Of a DNA stretch of 64,000 bases, positions 8,545 through 17,866 are shown piece after piece. The position numbers were made by a program, and so were the translations under genes. The notes beneath the pieces are model-generated. The model had not been told where the DNA came from. It did no database searches and worked only from the letters and a program-made list of their open reading frames with translations. Each line of letters starts with the position of its first letter. The first letter of the stretch is position 1. Source of the DNA: Alphaproteobacteria bacterium (GTDB lineage Bacteria > Pseudomonadota > Alphaproteobacteria > UBA2966); the NCBI GenBank assembly GCA_018654745.1, contig JABILA010000085.1:74191-138190 (forward strand), written 5' to 3'.

Positions 8545-9327
8545 TCAGTCCTGATCTTCGATAATTGCCACAGCTCGGGTCCAGCCTGCGGAAGCCGCCT
8601 TGATTTTGACCGGAAAACAGGAGACCTGGAAACCATCGGCGGGCAGGCTTTCCAGATTGTGCAATTTCTCCAGGTGACAGTAGCCGATTTCCATGCCGGC
8701 CCGGTGCCCTTCCCAGATCAGGCTTTCGTCACCGGTTTCCTCGAACTTGTCCTTGGTGTGAACAAAAGGCGCATCCCAGCTCCAGGCATCTGTGCCGGTT
8801 ACGCGGACACCACGTTCCAGCAAATAGAGTGTTGCTTCCCGCCCCATACCGCAACCGGTAGAGACATAGTGATCTGTGCCATAGGCCCGACCGGCCCCCG
8901 TATTCACCAGAACAATTTCCATGGGCTTGAGGTCATGATCAATGCGTTTCAGTTCGGCCTCAACATCATCGGCGGTCACGACATAACCATCCGCCCGTTC
9001 GCTGAAATCAAGTTTGACGCCTGGGTTAAAGCCCCAGTCCAGCGGCACTTCGTCGATTGTGATCGCGCGCTTGCCCTTGTCCATGGTGGAATGAAAATGA
9101 TACGGCGCATCGAGGTGGGTGCCGTTGTGGGTGGTCAGATTAATACGTTCAATGGCCCAGCCTTCTCCGCCCGGCAATTGATCTGTTTCCAGACCCGGAA
9201 AGAAGCTTTTGACACTCTCCGCCGTATCCGCGTGCTTGAGATATTCGATTTCGGGACTGAAACCGGGCGGGTCCGAGACCACATCATTTTCAAGCGGCAT
9301 TGAAATATCTATTATTTGTCTGCCCAT
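8545..9327 (-). CDS. Cyclase family protein (kynurenine formamidase-like)
   Basis: Carries the HNGTHLDAPYHF motif, which matches the HxGTHxDxPxH signature of this family. Confidence 0.7.
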   Translation of the reverse strand: MGRQIIDISMPLENDVVSDPPGFSPEIEYLKHADTAESVKSFFPGLETDQLPGGEGWAIERINLTTHNGTHLDAPYHFHSTMDKGKRAITIDEVPLDWGFNPGVKLDFSERADGYVVTADDVEAELKRIDHDLKPMEIVLVNTGAGRAYGTDHYVSTGCGMGREATLYLLERGVRVTGTDAWSWDAPFVHTKDKFEETGDESLIWEGHRAGMEIGYCHLEKLHNLESLPADGFQVSCFPVKIKAASAGWTRAVAIIEDQD

Positions 9328-9413
9328 AATTGCCCCTCCCCGGAGCTTGATTGATTTTGCGTTCTCGTCATGCCCGTGCTCAACCCGGCCATGACGGTAT
9401 TTCGGTTCGCCCC

Positions 9414-10358
9414 CTACTTGGCCAGCTTTGACATCATGCCGAACAATTGCACGACATCGGGCGGCGAGGTATCGCCGTTAAATTCCTTGAACAAAGTATC
9501 GACATTGACGGCAATCCGTTCGCCGTCTCCCCACGATGAATAATCGTCCATGGCGATATCCTGTGCGGCTTCCATCACGCTCATACCCGCAGCGTGGCGT
9601 TTGCGGGCTTCGGCTTCGATATAAACAAGATAGCCACGCACGGCTTCGACACCAGCCTTGTCCGTCACGGGACCGTGGCCCGGCACAATGGTTTCGACGT
9701 CCCAGCCCAACATCAGATCACACGCCTTGATCCAGTTGGCCACAGGTCCGGCCCACATGATCGGATGGCCTTCGATGAACAGGATATCGCCGGTGAAAAC
9801 GGTTTTGTCGCCAGGCACATACACCAGCGTATCGCCCTTGGTATGGGCCGGGCCTACTTCGTGCAGTTCAACATTTTTGTCGCCGACCTTGCGTGTTGTC
9901 ATGCCGGAAAAGGTTTCCGTGGGAGCTGCGAGATCGATGCCATCAAATTCAAAAACATCAAAAAGTTTTTTCAGGAATTCACCGGCTTCACCCATGGCAC
10001 CGGCATTGCGCATGATCTCGGCCAGGGCCTGGGGCGGCAGTTCTGCCATTTCTTCCGCACCGGCAGCGGAAGCAACGATCGCAGCGCCTTCGACCAGCTG
10101 GTTCCCAAAAGTGTGATCACCATTGGCGTGGGTGTTTACAAGGGTGCCGATATTTTCAGCCTGGGGCACCGCATCGCGCATCGTCTTCAACATGTCGCGG
10201 GTCAAGTTCAGATCGAACAGGGTGTCCACCAACAAGCTTTCTTCGCCGTCAGTGATCAGTCCGGCGTTTGACCAACCCCAGCCACCGTCCGGTTGAAGAT
10301 AGGCGAAACTGCCCTGCCCCAGATCATGCAGCCCTTTTGTATATTGCCATTTGGACAT
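9414..10358 (-). CDS. MBL-fold metallo-hydrolase
   Basis: Carries a THANGDH (HxHxDH) motif, with a further His and Asp downstream. Confidence 0.7.
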   Translation of the reverse strand: MSKWQYTKGLHDLGQGSFAYLQPDGGWGWSNAGLITDGEESLLVDTLFDLNLTRDMLKTMRDAVPQAENIGTLVNTHANGDHTFGNQLVEGAAIVASAAGAEEMAELPPQALAEIMRNAGAMGEAGEFLKKLFDVFEFDGIDLAAPTETFSGMTTRKVGDKNVELHEVGPAHTKGDTLVYVPGDKTVFTGDILFIEGHPIMWAGPVANWIKACDLMLGWDVETIVPGHGPVTDKAGVEAVRGYLVYIEAEARKRHAAGMSVMEAAQDIAMDDYSSWGDGERIAVNVDTLFKEFNGDTSPPDVVQLFGMMSKLAK

Positions 10359-10386
10359 TCGTTTTTCTCCCCGTTTAATTGCAGCC

Positions 10387-11385
10387 TTAATCGTTGCGCA
10401 ACACGCGATTACGGATCACGCCGATACCGGATACTTCCAGTTCGACAATATCACCGGCGTTCAATGCCCGGCCATGTTCCAGACCGCAGCCATCTCCCAC
10501 CGTGCCGGAACCGATGAATTCACCCGGATGCAGGGTTTCACCTTGCGAAATATGGGCGATGACATCTTCAAACGTCCAGTGCATTTCACTGGAAGACCCG
10601 CGTGACATCTCGACGCCGTTCACGCGCACAATCATTTCGTGATCATAAGGATCGCCAAATTCATCTGCGGTGACGATGCATGGCCCCATCACATTTGCAT
10701 TGTCAAAGTCCTTGCCCTTGGCAGGGCCCAATTGCGCCGCCATTTCCGCCATCTGGGCATCACGTGCCGAAAAGTCGTTGAAAATGGTGTAGCCAAAAAT
10801 ATGCTCTCGCGCCCGTTCTGCCGGAATGTCTTTGCCGCCCTTGCCGATAAAAATGCCAAACTCCATTTCGTAATCCATGAAGTGGGAATAGGACGGCCAG
10901 ACAACATCCGTTCCGGTACCGGTCACAGCAAAGCGATTGGCCTTGTAATAAATCGGCTGGTCATACCATATCTGCGGAATTTTGAAGCGCCCCGAGGCCC
11001 GCAGTTCTTCCGCAGCCCCCACCGGGTCATCGGATGACGCTGCCTGGCGAAGGATGGCCTGGTCCATGGCTTGCTGGAGATGTTTTTCAAAACACATGCA
11101 GTCCCGCATTTGCGGCGGGGCCGGTATGGGTGCCATCAGCGCCACCTGATCCAGCGGCATGAAGGCATCCGGTACCTGGCCTTGATCTGCCCGGCCAAAA
11201 GTATTGCGTAATTTGTCCAGCGCTTCGTCACCATTTTCGATCAGGGCCAACATGGAACGAAAAGGTTGGTAGGGACGACGATTGAAGCTGACTTCTGCCG
11301 CCTGAATGTCGACCACGTGGTTTTCGTCACCTGTCAGGACACCCAGTCGATATTTGCCATCGGCATTAAATGTTACGAGTTTCAT
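10387..11385 (-). CDS. Fumarylacetoacetate hydrolase (FAH) family protein
   Basis: 332 aa. Its C-terminal FAH fold carries the EHGRALNAGDIVELEVSGIG motif. Confidence 0.75.
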   Translation of the reverse strand: MKLVTFNADGKYRLGVLTGDENHVVDIQAAEVSFNRRPYQPFRSMLALIENGDEALDKLRNTFGRADQGQVPDAFMPLDQVALMAPIPAPPQMRDCMCFEKHLQQAMDQAILRQAASSDDPVGAAEELRASGRFKIPQIWYDQPIYYKANRFAVTGTGTDVVWPSYSHFMDYEMEFGIFIGKGGKDIPAERAREHIFGYTIFNDFSARDAQMAEMAAQLGPAKGKDFDNANVMGPCIVTADEFGDPYDHEMIVRVNGVEMSRGSSSEMHWTFEDVIAHISQGETLHPGEFIGSGTVGDGCGLEHGRALNAGDIVELEVSGIGVIRNRVLRND

Positions 11386-11571
11386 CTGGTGTCCGTCCCT
11401 GTGATCGTTAATTGATTCGTTATTTGATTAAAGGGATTATGCAGGTGATTTTTGAAAAAAACATCGATTTTTTTTAATATTGGCGATTTTTTTCTTTTTT
11501 TTACTAATTTTTTTTGCCATCATGCCTCGGAACATAATTTCAAAACCGATCCGAATGGACCAGCACCGATT

Positions 11572-12288
11572 ATGAATTCTGCTGAAATCGACATTGAAGA
11601 GAATGGTCCGGGCGTGACCTTGACCAATGTCGCGTTGGACAGGTTGCGCAACGATATCCTGCGCGGTGCCTTTACGCCCAGCACAAAGTTGCGCATTGAG
11701 GAATTGAAAGAAAGATATGGTGTCGGTGGCAGCCCCATGCGTGAGGCCCTGTCCCGCCTGGTCGCCGAAGGCCTTGTCAAAAGCCTTAATCAGCGCGGCT
11801 TTCGCGTTGCCCCTATCTCGGCAGATGATCTTCTTGATATCACAGAAACCCGCCAATCTATTGAAGGAACCGCTGTGGTCCGGGCGATTGAACGCGGCGA
11901 CGATGCCTGGGAAGGCAGTGTACTGGGGGCGTTCCATCGCCTCGACAAGTTCCTGGCCCGTGGTGTGCCCATCAGCGAAGAAAACGGTGATGACTGGGAA
12001 GTTATTCACAGCAATTTCCATCGCACCCTGATATCTGCTTGCGGTTCCCCCAGGATGATCGGCTTTTGTCACCAGCTTTATGATCAAGCCACCCGGTACC
12101 GTAGTTTACTTGTGGATTACAATTTCGAATCCCGTGATTTGATCGCTGAACATCGCGATCTTCTGGACGCTGTATTGTCACGTGATGCCGACAGGGCGCG
12201 CACTATGTTGGAAAAACACATTGCCCTGACGGCTGATATTATCCTGTCGACTGAGACCGACATTTTTGAAGGCACTTCAGAAAAGTAG
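11572..12288 (+). CDS. GntR-family transcriptional regulator (FadR subfamily, FCD C-domain)
   Basis: Winged HTH with LRNDILRGAFTPSTKLRIEELKERYGVGGSPMREALSRLVAEGLV. The start was taken at the ATG at 11572, because the longer ORF version runs into an AT-rich T-tract region. Confidence 0.8.
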   Translation: MNSAEIDIEENGPGVTLTNVALDRLRNDILRGAFTPSTKLRIEELKERYGVGGSPMREALSRLVAEGLVKSLNQRGFRVAPISADDLLDITETRQSIEGTAVVRAIERGDDAWEGSVLGAFHRLDKFLARGVPISEENGDDWEVIHSNFHRTLISACGSPRMIGFCHQLYDQATRYRSLLVDYNFESRDLIAEHRDLLDAVLSRDADRARTMLEKHIALTADIILSTETDIFEGTSEK

Positions 12289-12337
12289 TGCCTTGTTGAC
12301 ACGCCCTGCGCGTGAAATTCGTTTGGGAGGACGGAAC

Positions 12338-13411
12338 ATGAATAAAGCAATCGTCGCATCGGCCCTGGGTCTGATGGGAGCAGCCGTTATCGCTGTTGCC
12401 AGTCAGTCTGCGCTGGCCAAGGATATCAATGCCACCCTGGCAGCTGGTCATCCACCTGTTTTTCGCTGGGTCAAGCATGCCAGCAAAACCTTCATTCCTG
12501 CCGTAAACAAGGCGCTTGAAGGTTCAGGTCACACGATCAAATGGAAAGAGCAATATGCAGGCTCTCTGGCCAAGGTCGGCAGTGTCCTTGAGGCCGTTGA
12601 AGAAGGCCTGGCAGAAGTAGGCCTGGTTTCCACAGTGTTTGAACCTGCCAAACTGTCGGTGCAAAACGTCACTTACTACACGCCGTTTACATCTACGGAT
12701 GCAACCGCGATTTCGAAGATGATCGATGATCTGCATCGCACCAACAAGGACTTCCAGAAGACCTGGCATGAAAATGACCTGGAATATCTGGGTGCCGGCA
12801 TCGGCATTGATGACTATCTGCTGATGAGCAAGTTCCCGGTCAAGTCCATCGCAGACCTGAAGGGCAAGAAGATCGGTGCCCCCGGACCAGCCGTTAACTG
12901 GTTAAAAGGCACAGGCGCTGTTGGCGTTTCCGGCAACCTCACCACCTATTATAACGAAATCAAGACAGGTGTTTATGACGGCGTCATCGTCTTTGCGTCT
13001 GCTGCCCTGCCTGGCAAACTTTATGAAGTTGCACCTTACATCACCCGCATCGGCTTTGGTGCGCAGTATGCCGGTGGCATCGCTGCCAACAAGGACTGGT
13101 ATGACGCGCAGCCTGCTGTTGTTCAAAAAGCCCTGAAATCTGCCGCTGAAATTGACCGGGTGGCTTATCACAAGGACCTTGAAGCAACGGTTGTCAAATT
13201 CCTCGCGATCATGAAGTCCAAGGGTGCAACGGTTTCTGATGTCGACGAGAACTTCCGCAAGGAATGGGCCGCGGGCATGGATAATGCTGCCAAGGTCTGG
13301 GCCGCAAACCTGGACAAGGCCGGTAAAAACGGTACTGCCGTTCTCAAGAACTATATGAATGCCATGCGCAAAGCCGGTGCCACACCGGTTCGTAACTGGG
13401 ATCAGGAATAG
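12338..13411 (+). CDS. dctP: TRAP transporter substrate-binding protein (DctP-type) with signal peptide
   Basis: GGAGGA RBS ahead of the ATG at 12338. It has a signal peptide (AAVIAVASQSALA), and the DctQ and DctM genes follow. Confidence 0.75.
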   Translation: MNKAIVASALGLMGAAVIAVASQSALAKDINATLAAGHPPVFRWVKHASKTFIPAVNKALEGSGHTIKWKEQYAGSLAKVGSVLEAVEEGLAEVGLVSTVFEPAKLSVQNVTYYTPFTSTDATAISKMIDDLHRTNKDFQKTWHENDLEYLGAGIGIDDYLLMSKFPVKSIADLKGKKIGAPGPAVNWLKGTGAVGVSGNLTTYYNEIKTGVYDGVIVFASAALPGKLYEVAPYITRIGFGAQYAGGIAANKDWYDAQPAVVQKALKSAAEIDRVAYHKDLEATVVKFLAIMKSKGATVSDVDENFRKEWAAGMDNAAKVWAANLDKAGKNGTAVLKNYMNAMRKAGATPVRNWDQE

Positions 13412-13430
13412 ATCTGATTGATCATTACTG

Positions 13431-14009
13431 ATGTCTGATAAACAGGATCAACAGCCGTCCGCCTTGTGGTCACTTTTTGCGATCACAAGGCGGATGATTG
13501 ATGGTGTGACACGGGGCCTGAATATGCTGGGCACCGTGTTGATCCTGTTGCTTGTTGTCCTGATCAATTCCGATGTGGTTGGCCGCAGTTTGTTTGGACA
13601 TCCGGTCTCCGGTGTGCCGGAAATGGTCAGCCTTTCCATTGTCGCCATCGTGTTTTTGCAAATAGGCCAGACCGTTGTTGTCGGCAGGCTCACGCGGTCC
13701 GATGCTTTGCTGACGATTATTGCCCGGAAATGGCCACGTGTGCGCCAGGGCATGGAGCTGGTCTTCAATCTGATGGCAGCTGCATTGCTTGCCATCCTGT
13801 TTTCTTCCAGCCTGTCCTTGTTTGAAAAAAGTTGGCGAAAACAAACATTTATCGGCTCCATCGGCGATTTTACCGCGCCTGTCTGGCCGGTAAAACTCCT
13901 TATTCTGGTGGGCTGTGCGGTGCTTGTATTGCAGTTCCTGCTGTCCGCCATCAAGGTCTTTTTACCTGAAGAGCTTCAGGATAAACCGGTGCAAAATGAC
14001 GACATTTGA
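13431..14009 (+). CDS. dctQ: TRAP transporter small permease
   Basis: 192 aa with 4 predicted TM segments. Its end overlaps the start of dctM. Confidence 0.75.
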   Translation: MSDKQDQQPSALWSLFAITRRMIDGVTRGLNMLGTVLILLLVVLINSDVVGRSLFGHPVSGVPEMVSLSIVAIVFLQIGQTVVVGRLTRSDALLTIIARKWPRVRQGMELVFNLMAAALLAILFSSSLSLFEKSWRKQTFIGSIGDFTAPVWPVKLLILVGCAVLVLQFLLSAIKVFLPEELQDKPVQNDDI

Positions 14010-15303
14010 TATTGGTATTACCTCTTTGATCGTCATGGTGATCCTGGTTTACGCCGGTTTGTTTGTGCCCATCGCGCTGATGTTGTGCTCCTACATTGGT
14101 GTCTGGGCGATCAAGGGATCTCCTTTTCTGGCTGGCAAATTGCTCGCTTTGGCGGCCTATGATTCCATTGCCAGTTATCATTTTGGTGTGGTGCCGGTCT
14201 TTGTGCTTATGGGCTTTATTGTCCAGGTAACCGGGATCGGGCGTGACGCTTTCGATGTGGCCAATTTTATGTTTCGTCACCTGCGCGGTGGTTTAGGCGT
14301 TGGTACCGTTGGTGCCAATGCCATCTTCGCCGCGATCACCGGTATCTCTATTGCCTCTGCCGCAGTCTTCACCCGGCTGGCAGTTCCGGAAATGTTGCGC
14401 CATGGCTACACGGCCCGATTTGCTGTTGGTGTGGTTGCCGGATCGTCCGTGCTTGGCATGCTGATCCCACCAAGTTTGTTGTTGATCCTTTATGGCATTC
14501 TGACGGAACAGTCTGTCGGTGATTTGTTTCTGGCAGGCATTTTGCCCGGCATCCTGCTGGCTTTTCTGTTCGGCCTGACAGTTGTACTGATGGCCTATTT
14601 CATGCCGGGTTTCATTGGCCGCAACCTGTCGCCGTCAAAGGAAGGTGACATGGGCGTCACCGATTTGTTCCGCAAAAGTGCCCCAATCGTCACCCTGATC
14701 GGTCTTGTCCTCGGCGGCATTTATGGTGGCTTGTTTACACCGGTTGAATCCGGTGCTGTAGGCTGCATCGCTGCCATAGCGATTGGTCTGGTACGACGAT
14801 CACTCAGCTGGAACGATTTCTGGTCTGTGCTGACCGACACCGGCATCGTCACCGCCAGCATCTGCTTTTTGATCATCGCGGCGCAAATGTATTCCCGCAT
14901 GCTGGCCATCTCTGGCTTGCCCGCCGAATTTGGCACCTGGATCGCCACCGCAGATATTGGCTTCTGGGGTGTGGTCCTGGCCTATGTTGCCCTTGTAATC
15001 GTCATGGGGACAATTCTGGATTCGTCGTCCATCATGTTGATCCTGGTGCCGATCATCTTGCCGGTCATGGTCTCGTTCAATGCTGACCTGATCTGGTTTG
15101 GCATCGTCACTATCATCGCTGTTGAAATCGGGTTACTGACGCCGCCGTTCGGGATATCGGTCTATGTGATAAAGTCGACACTGGAAGACCAGTCCATCAC
15201 GCTTGGCAGCATCTTTGCCGGCGCGGCCCCCTTTGCCCTGATGATGCTGTTGGCACTGGGTCTGGTTCTGGCCTTCCCGATCCTGACCACAGGCCTGCTA
15301 TAA
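13996..15303 (+). CDS. dctM: TRAP transporter large permease
   Basis: About 435 aa polytopic membrane protein with DctM-like sequence. The start was taken at MTTFDIGITS. Confidence 0.85.
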   Translation: MTTFDIGITSLIVMVILVYAGLFVPIALMLCSYIGVWAIKGSPFLAGKLLALAAYDSIASYHFGVVPVFVLMGFIVQVTGIGRDAFDVANFMFRHLRGGLGVGTVGANAIFAAITGISIASAAVFTRLAVPEMLRHGYTARFAVGVVAGSSVLGMLIPPSLLLILYGILTEQSVGDLFLAGILPGILLAFLFGLTVVLMAYFMPGFIGRNLSPSKEGDMGVTDLFRKSAPIVTLIGLVLGGIYGGLFTPVESGAVGCIAAIAIGLVRRSLSWNDFWSVLTDTGIVTASICFLIIAAQMYSRMLAISGLPAEFGTWIATADIGFWGVVLAYVALVIVMGTILDSSSIMLILVPIILPVMVSFNADLIWFGIVTIIAVEIGLLTPPFGISVYVIKSTLEDQSITLGSIFAGAAPFALMMLLALGLVLAFPILTTGLL

Positions 15304-15340
15304 ATAGCCAGCCGGCCTGATATTTCGGAGAGACTCTTTA

Positions 15341-15937
15341 ATGGCGCGTATCAAAACCATCGCCCGGGAAGACCTGGGCGAATTCACCGAGACATTCGAC
15401 AAGCTGGAAGCAGCCATGGGATTCATCCCCAACAGCCTGCTGACCATGGCACATCGGCCAAAGCTGATGGCGACGTTTCTACCCCTGGCGATGGAGGTCC
15501 TGGCGGGTGAGACTTCCCTGCCCCAAGGTTTGCGAAACCTGATTGCCCATATCGCCAGTCTTGCCGCCGGTTGCCAATATTGCATGGCACACACTGCAGA
15601 CTCGTCTGCCAAAGCAGGCATCGCCGAAGAAAAAATCGCTGCGGCTTTTGAATATGAAAGTAATCCGCTGTTTTCAGATGCTGAACGCGCCGCCCTCGGG
15701 CTCGCGCAATCCGCCGCCAGTGTACCCAACCTGGCAAGCGACGAAGATTTCGCAGAACTGCGCCTTTATTTTTCAGAAGAACAGATCGTCGAAATCGTCG
15801 GCGTCATTTCCCTGTTCGGTTTTCTTAACCGCTGGAACGACACCATCGGCACCGAACTGGAAGATCACCCAACCCAATTCGCACAAAAAACCATCACCGC
15901 CAGCGGCTGGTCGGTTGGCAAACACACCGGAGATTAG
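15341..15937 (+). CDS. Carboxymuconolactone decarboxylase / AhpD-like peroxidase-related family protein
   Basis: 198 aa with the AhpD-like helical core and a CQYC motif. Confidence 0.7.
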   Translation: MARIKTIAREDLGEFTETFDKLEAAMGFIPNSLLTMAHRPKLMATFLPLAMEVLAGETSLPQGLRNLIAHIASLAAGCQYCMAHTADSSAKAGIAEEKIAAAFEYESNPLFSDAERAALGLAQSAASVPNLASDEDFAELRLYFSEEQIVEIVGVISLFGFLNRWNDTIGTELEDHPTQFAQKTITASGWSVGKHTGD

Positions 15938-17839
15938 TTACTCCGCCGCTTCTCGCTGCCCGACATCCTCGCGGCCCATCCATTTCTGGAAGACCGGTGT
16001 GGTTGGTGGCTCCAGATGTGTGTCGGCCATGCAACGCGCTTTCAATTCTTCCATGGTGCCACCACGGTCAAACAACTGGACTTCGCCGCGCTCGGTCTTC
16101 ATGCGTTGACGCAGATCATCCGTGGCACGCTGATCAACGTTGAAGCTGTCATCCAGCACCACGCCATAACGTTTTGCGCCTTCGATGGAGACAAGACCGC
16201 GACTGGTATCCAGCGCCACTTGTGCCGCCTCACGTGTAAGCGGATCACCCCAGCCACCACCGCCCCAGGTGTTGAAATAAAGCGTATCGCCATTGGCAAC
16301 CTTGATGCGGTCACATTTGGAGACCATCCACTCGCGGGTGCCATCGGCCCGGACCATCAGCTTGTCGCTACGTTGTCCCGGCAGGCCACCATTGACGCCC
16401 CACGGGTGGCTTAGCCAGCGATCATCATGGATTGAAATCTCGCCAGGCTCGAGGAATTGATAGCCCATGGACAGGCCATTGCCGCCGCGATGCAGGCCAG
16501 GGCCACCGGAATCGATGATGGTTTCGTAGGTCACAATGCGCAGTGGGAAATAGGCCTCAAGAAATTCGTTGGGCACATTGGTAAAAGCCGGCCACAGAGA
16601 ATGACCGTCGGGGCCATCACCGGCAGGACGGCCTGGCACACCGCCAAAGCCGATCTGATAGAGCTGATACCATTCACCGTTTTTGTCATAGCCCGAATAC
16701 ATAAAGTGCGGACTGTCCGAGAAACCGGCGGCACAGAGCGCATCCGGTGAGCCCTGGCCGAGGACGCCGCTCATGATGTCAAAGATACGCGACAGCAAGT
16801 GTGTGCGTGATGACAGCGCCGCTGGCCGGATCGGTTTCAAAATAGTGCCACGCGGAATGCGCACATCCACCAAATCGTAGAAGCCGTCATTGAACAGGAT
16901 TTGCGGATCAAACAGGTTGATGAAAAATGCCCCGAGGAACATTTTGAACATTTCCTCGTTGAGCAAGAAATTCACCGAACTGATGGACTGCGGATCAGTG
17001 CCGCCGAAATCAAAGATAACGTGGTCGCCCTCGCGCCACAGGGTGCAGGCGATTTTGTACGGGCCCATGCCCATACCGTCATCATCGATATAGTCTTCGA
17101 AATAGACTTTCTTTTCCGGCACCACCATATTCAGGATCGCGCTCATGGCGACGCGGTTGCGGTCCAGCATATTTTCCATGGCCCCAACCAGCTGGTCCGT
17201 GCCAAAGCGATCCGACATTTCCACAACACGCCGTTCGGCCAGACGCAACGCCGCGATGATGGCGTTGAAGTCAGACTTGTTCCATTCCGGCAAACGACAG
17301 TTGCGCAGGATCACACTGAGCAGTTCTTCGTTCAGCTTACCCTTGTGATAAATCTTCACAGGCGGCAACTGAATGCCTTCTTCAAAGATTTGTGCGGCGT
17401 CGGTGGGCAAACTGCCCGGCACCTTGCCGCCGACATCGGTCATGTGACCAAACATGGCAGCCCAGGCGACGATGCGACCATCGATGTAAATCGGCATCAT
17501 GGTCAGCCAGTCATTGAGGTGACTGATGGCACCATTGCAGCTGTAGGGATCGTTGGTCAGGAAGATGTCCCCTTCCTCGATCTCGCCGTCATAGCCTTCC
17601 TTGAAGCCCGAGAAGAACGAGCCGAACTGGCCAACAACCATCTTGCCGTCGGGATTGGCAATCATGGGGAAAGCGTCGTGCTGTTCACGTATACCCGGCG
17701 ACATGGCGGTGCGAAAGAGCACGGCATCCATCTCTGTACGGGCATTTTTCAGGGCGTTCTCAATGATATCAAGCGTAATCGGATCGATATCAACATTGTC
17801 GAACGGCCTGGTGTTGGTCTGGATAATTTTTGCGGGCAT
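15938..17839 (-). CDS. hyuB: Hydantoinase B/oxoprolinase family protein (ATP-dependent hydantoinase/lactamase beta subunit), copy 1
   Basis: 633 aa starting MPAKII...ITLDIIENALKNAR. HyuB-type conservation runs throughout. Confidence 0.85.
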   Translation of the reverse strand: MPAKIIQTNTRPFDNVDIDPITLDIIENALKNARTEMDAVLFRTAMSPGIREQHDAFPMIANPDGKMVVGQFGSFFSGFKEGYDGEIEEGDIFLTNDPYSCNGAISHLNDWLTMMPIYIDGRIVAWAAMFGHMTDVGGKVPGSLPTDAAQIFEEGIQLPPVKIYHKGKLNEELLSVILRNCRLPEWNKSDFNAIIAALRLAERRVVEMSDRFGTDQLVGAMENMLDRNRVAMSAILNMVVPEKKVYFEDYIDDDGMGMGPYKIACTLWREGDHVIFDFGGTDPQSISSVNFLLNEEMFKMFLGAFFINLFDPQILFNDGFYDLVDVRIPRGTILKPIRPAALSSRTHLLSRIFDIMSGVLGQGSPDALCAAGFSDSPHFMYSGYDKNGEWYQLYQIGFGGVPGRPAGDGPDGHSLWPAFTNVPNEFLEAYFPLRIVTYETIIDSGGPGLHRGGNGLSMGYQFLEPGEISIHDDRWLSHPWGVNGGLPGQRSDKLMVRADGTREWMVSKCDRIKVANGDTLYFNTWGGGGWGDPLTREAAQVALDTSRGLVSIEGAKRYGVVLDDSFNVDQRATDDLRQRMKTERGEVQLFDRGGTMEELKARCMADTHLEPPTTPVFQKWMGREDVGQREAAE

Positions 17840-17866
17840 GTGGAAAAGCCTCCTCTTGGTCCGATG

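Noticed and set aside
11437-12087. 216-aa minus-strand ORF overlapping the GntR gene
   Set aside because: It is antisense to a confidently identified wHTH regulator. It starts in the poly-T promoter region and has a low-complexity N-terminus.
12271-12313. Hairpin GGCACT-N10-AGTGCC over the GntR stop, and TTGACA plus the ACGCcctgGCGT palindrome upstream of the TRAP SBP gene
   Set aside because: The stem is short at 6 bp, with no U-tract and no clear -10 hexamer. It is plausibly an internal promoter or operator, but too weak to call as a feature.
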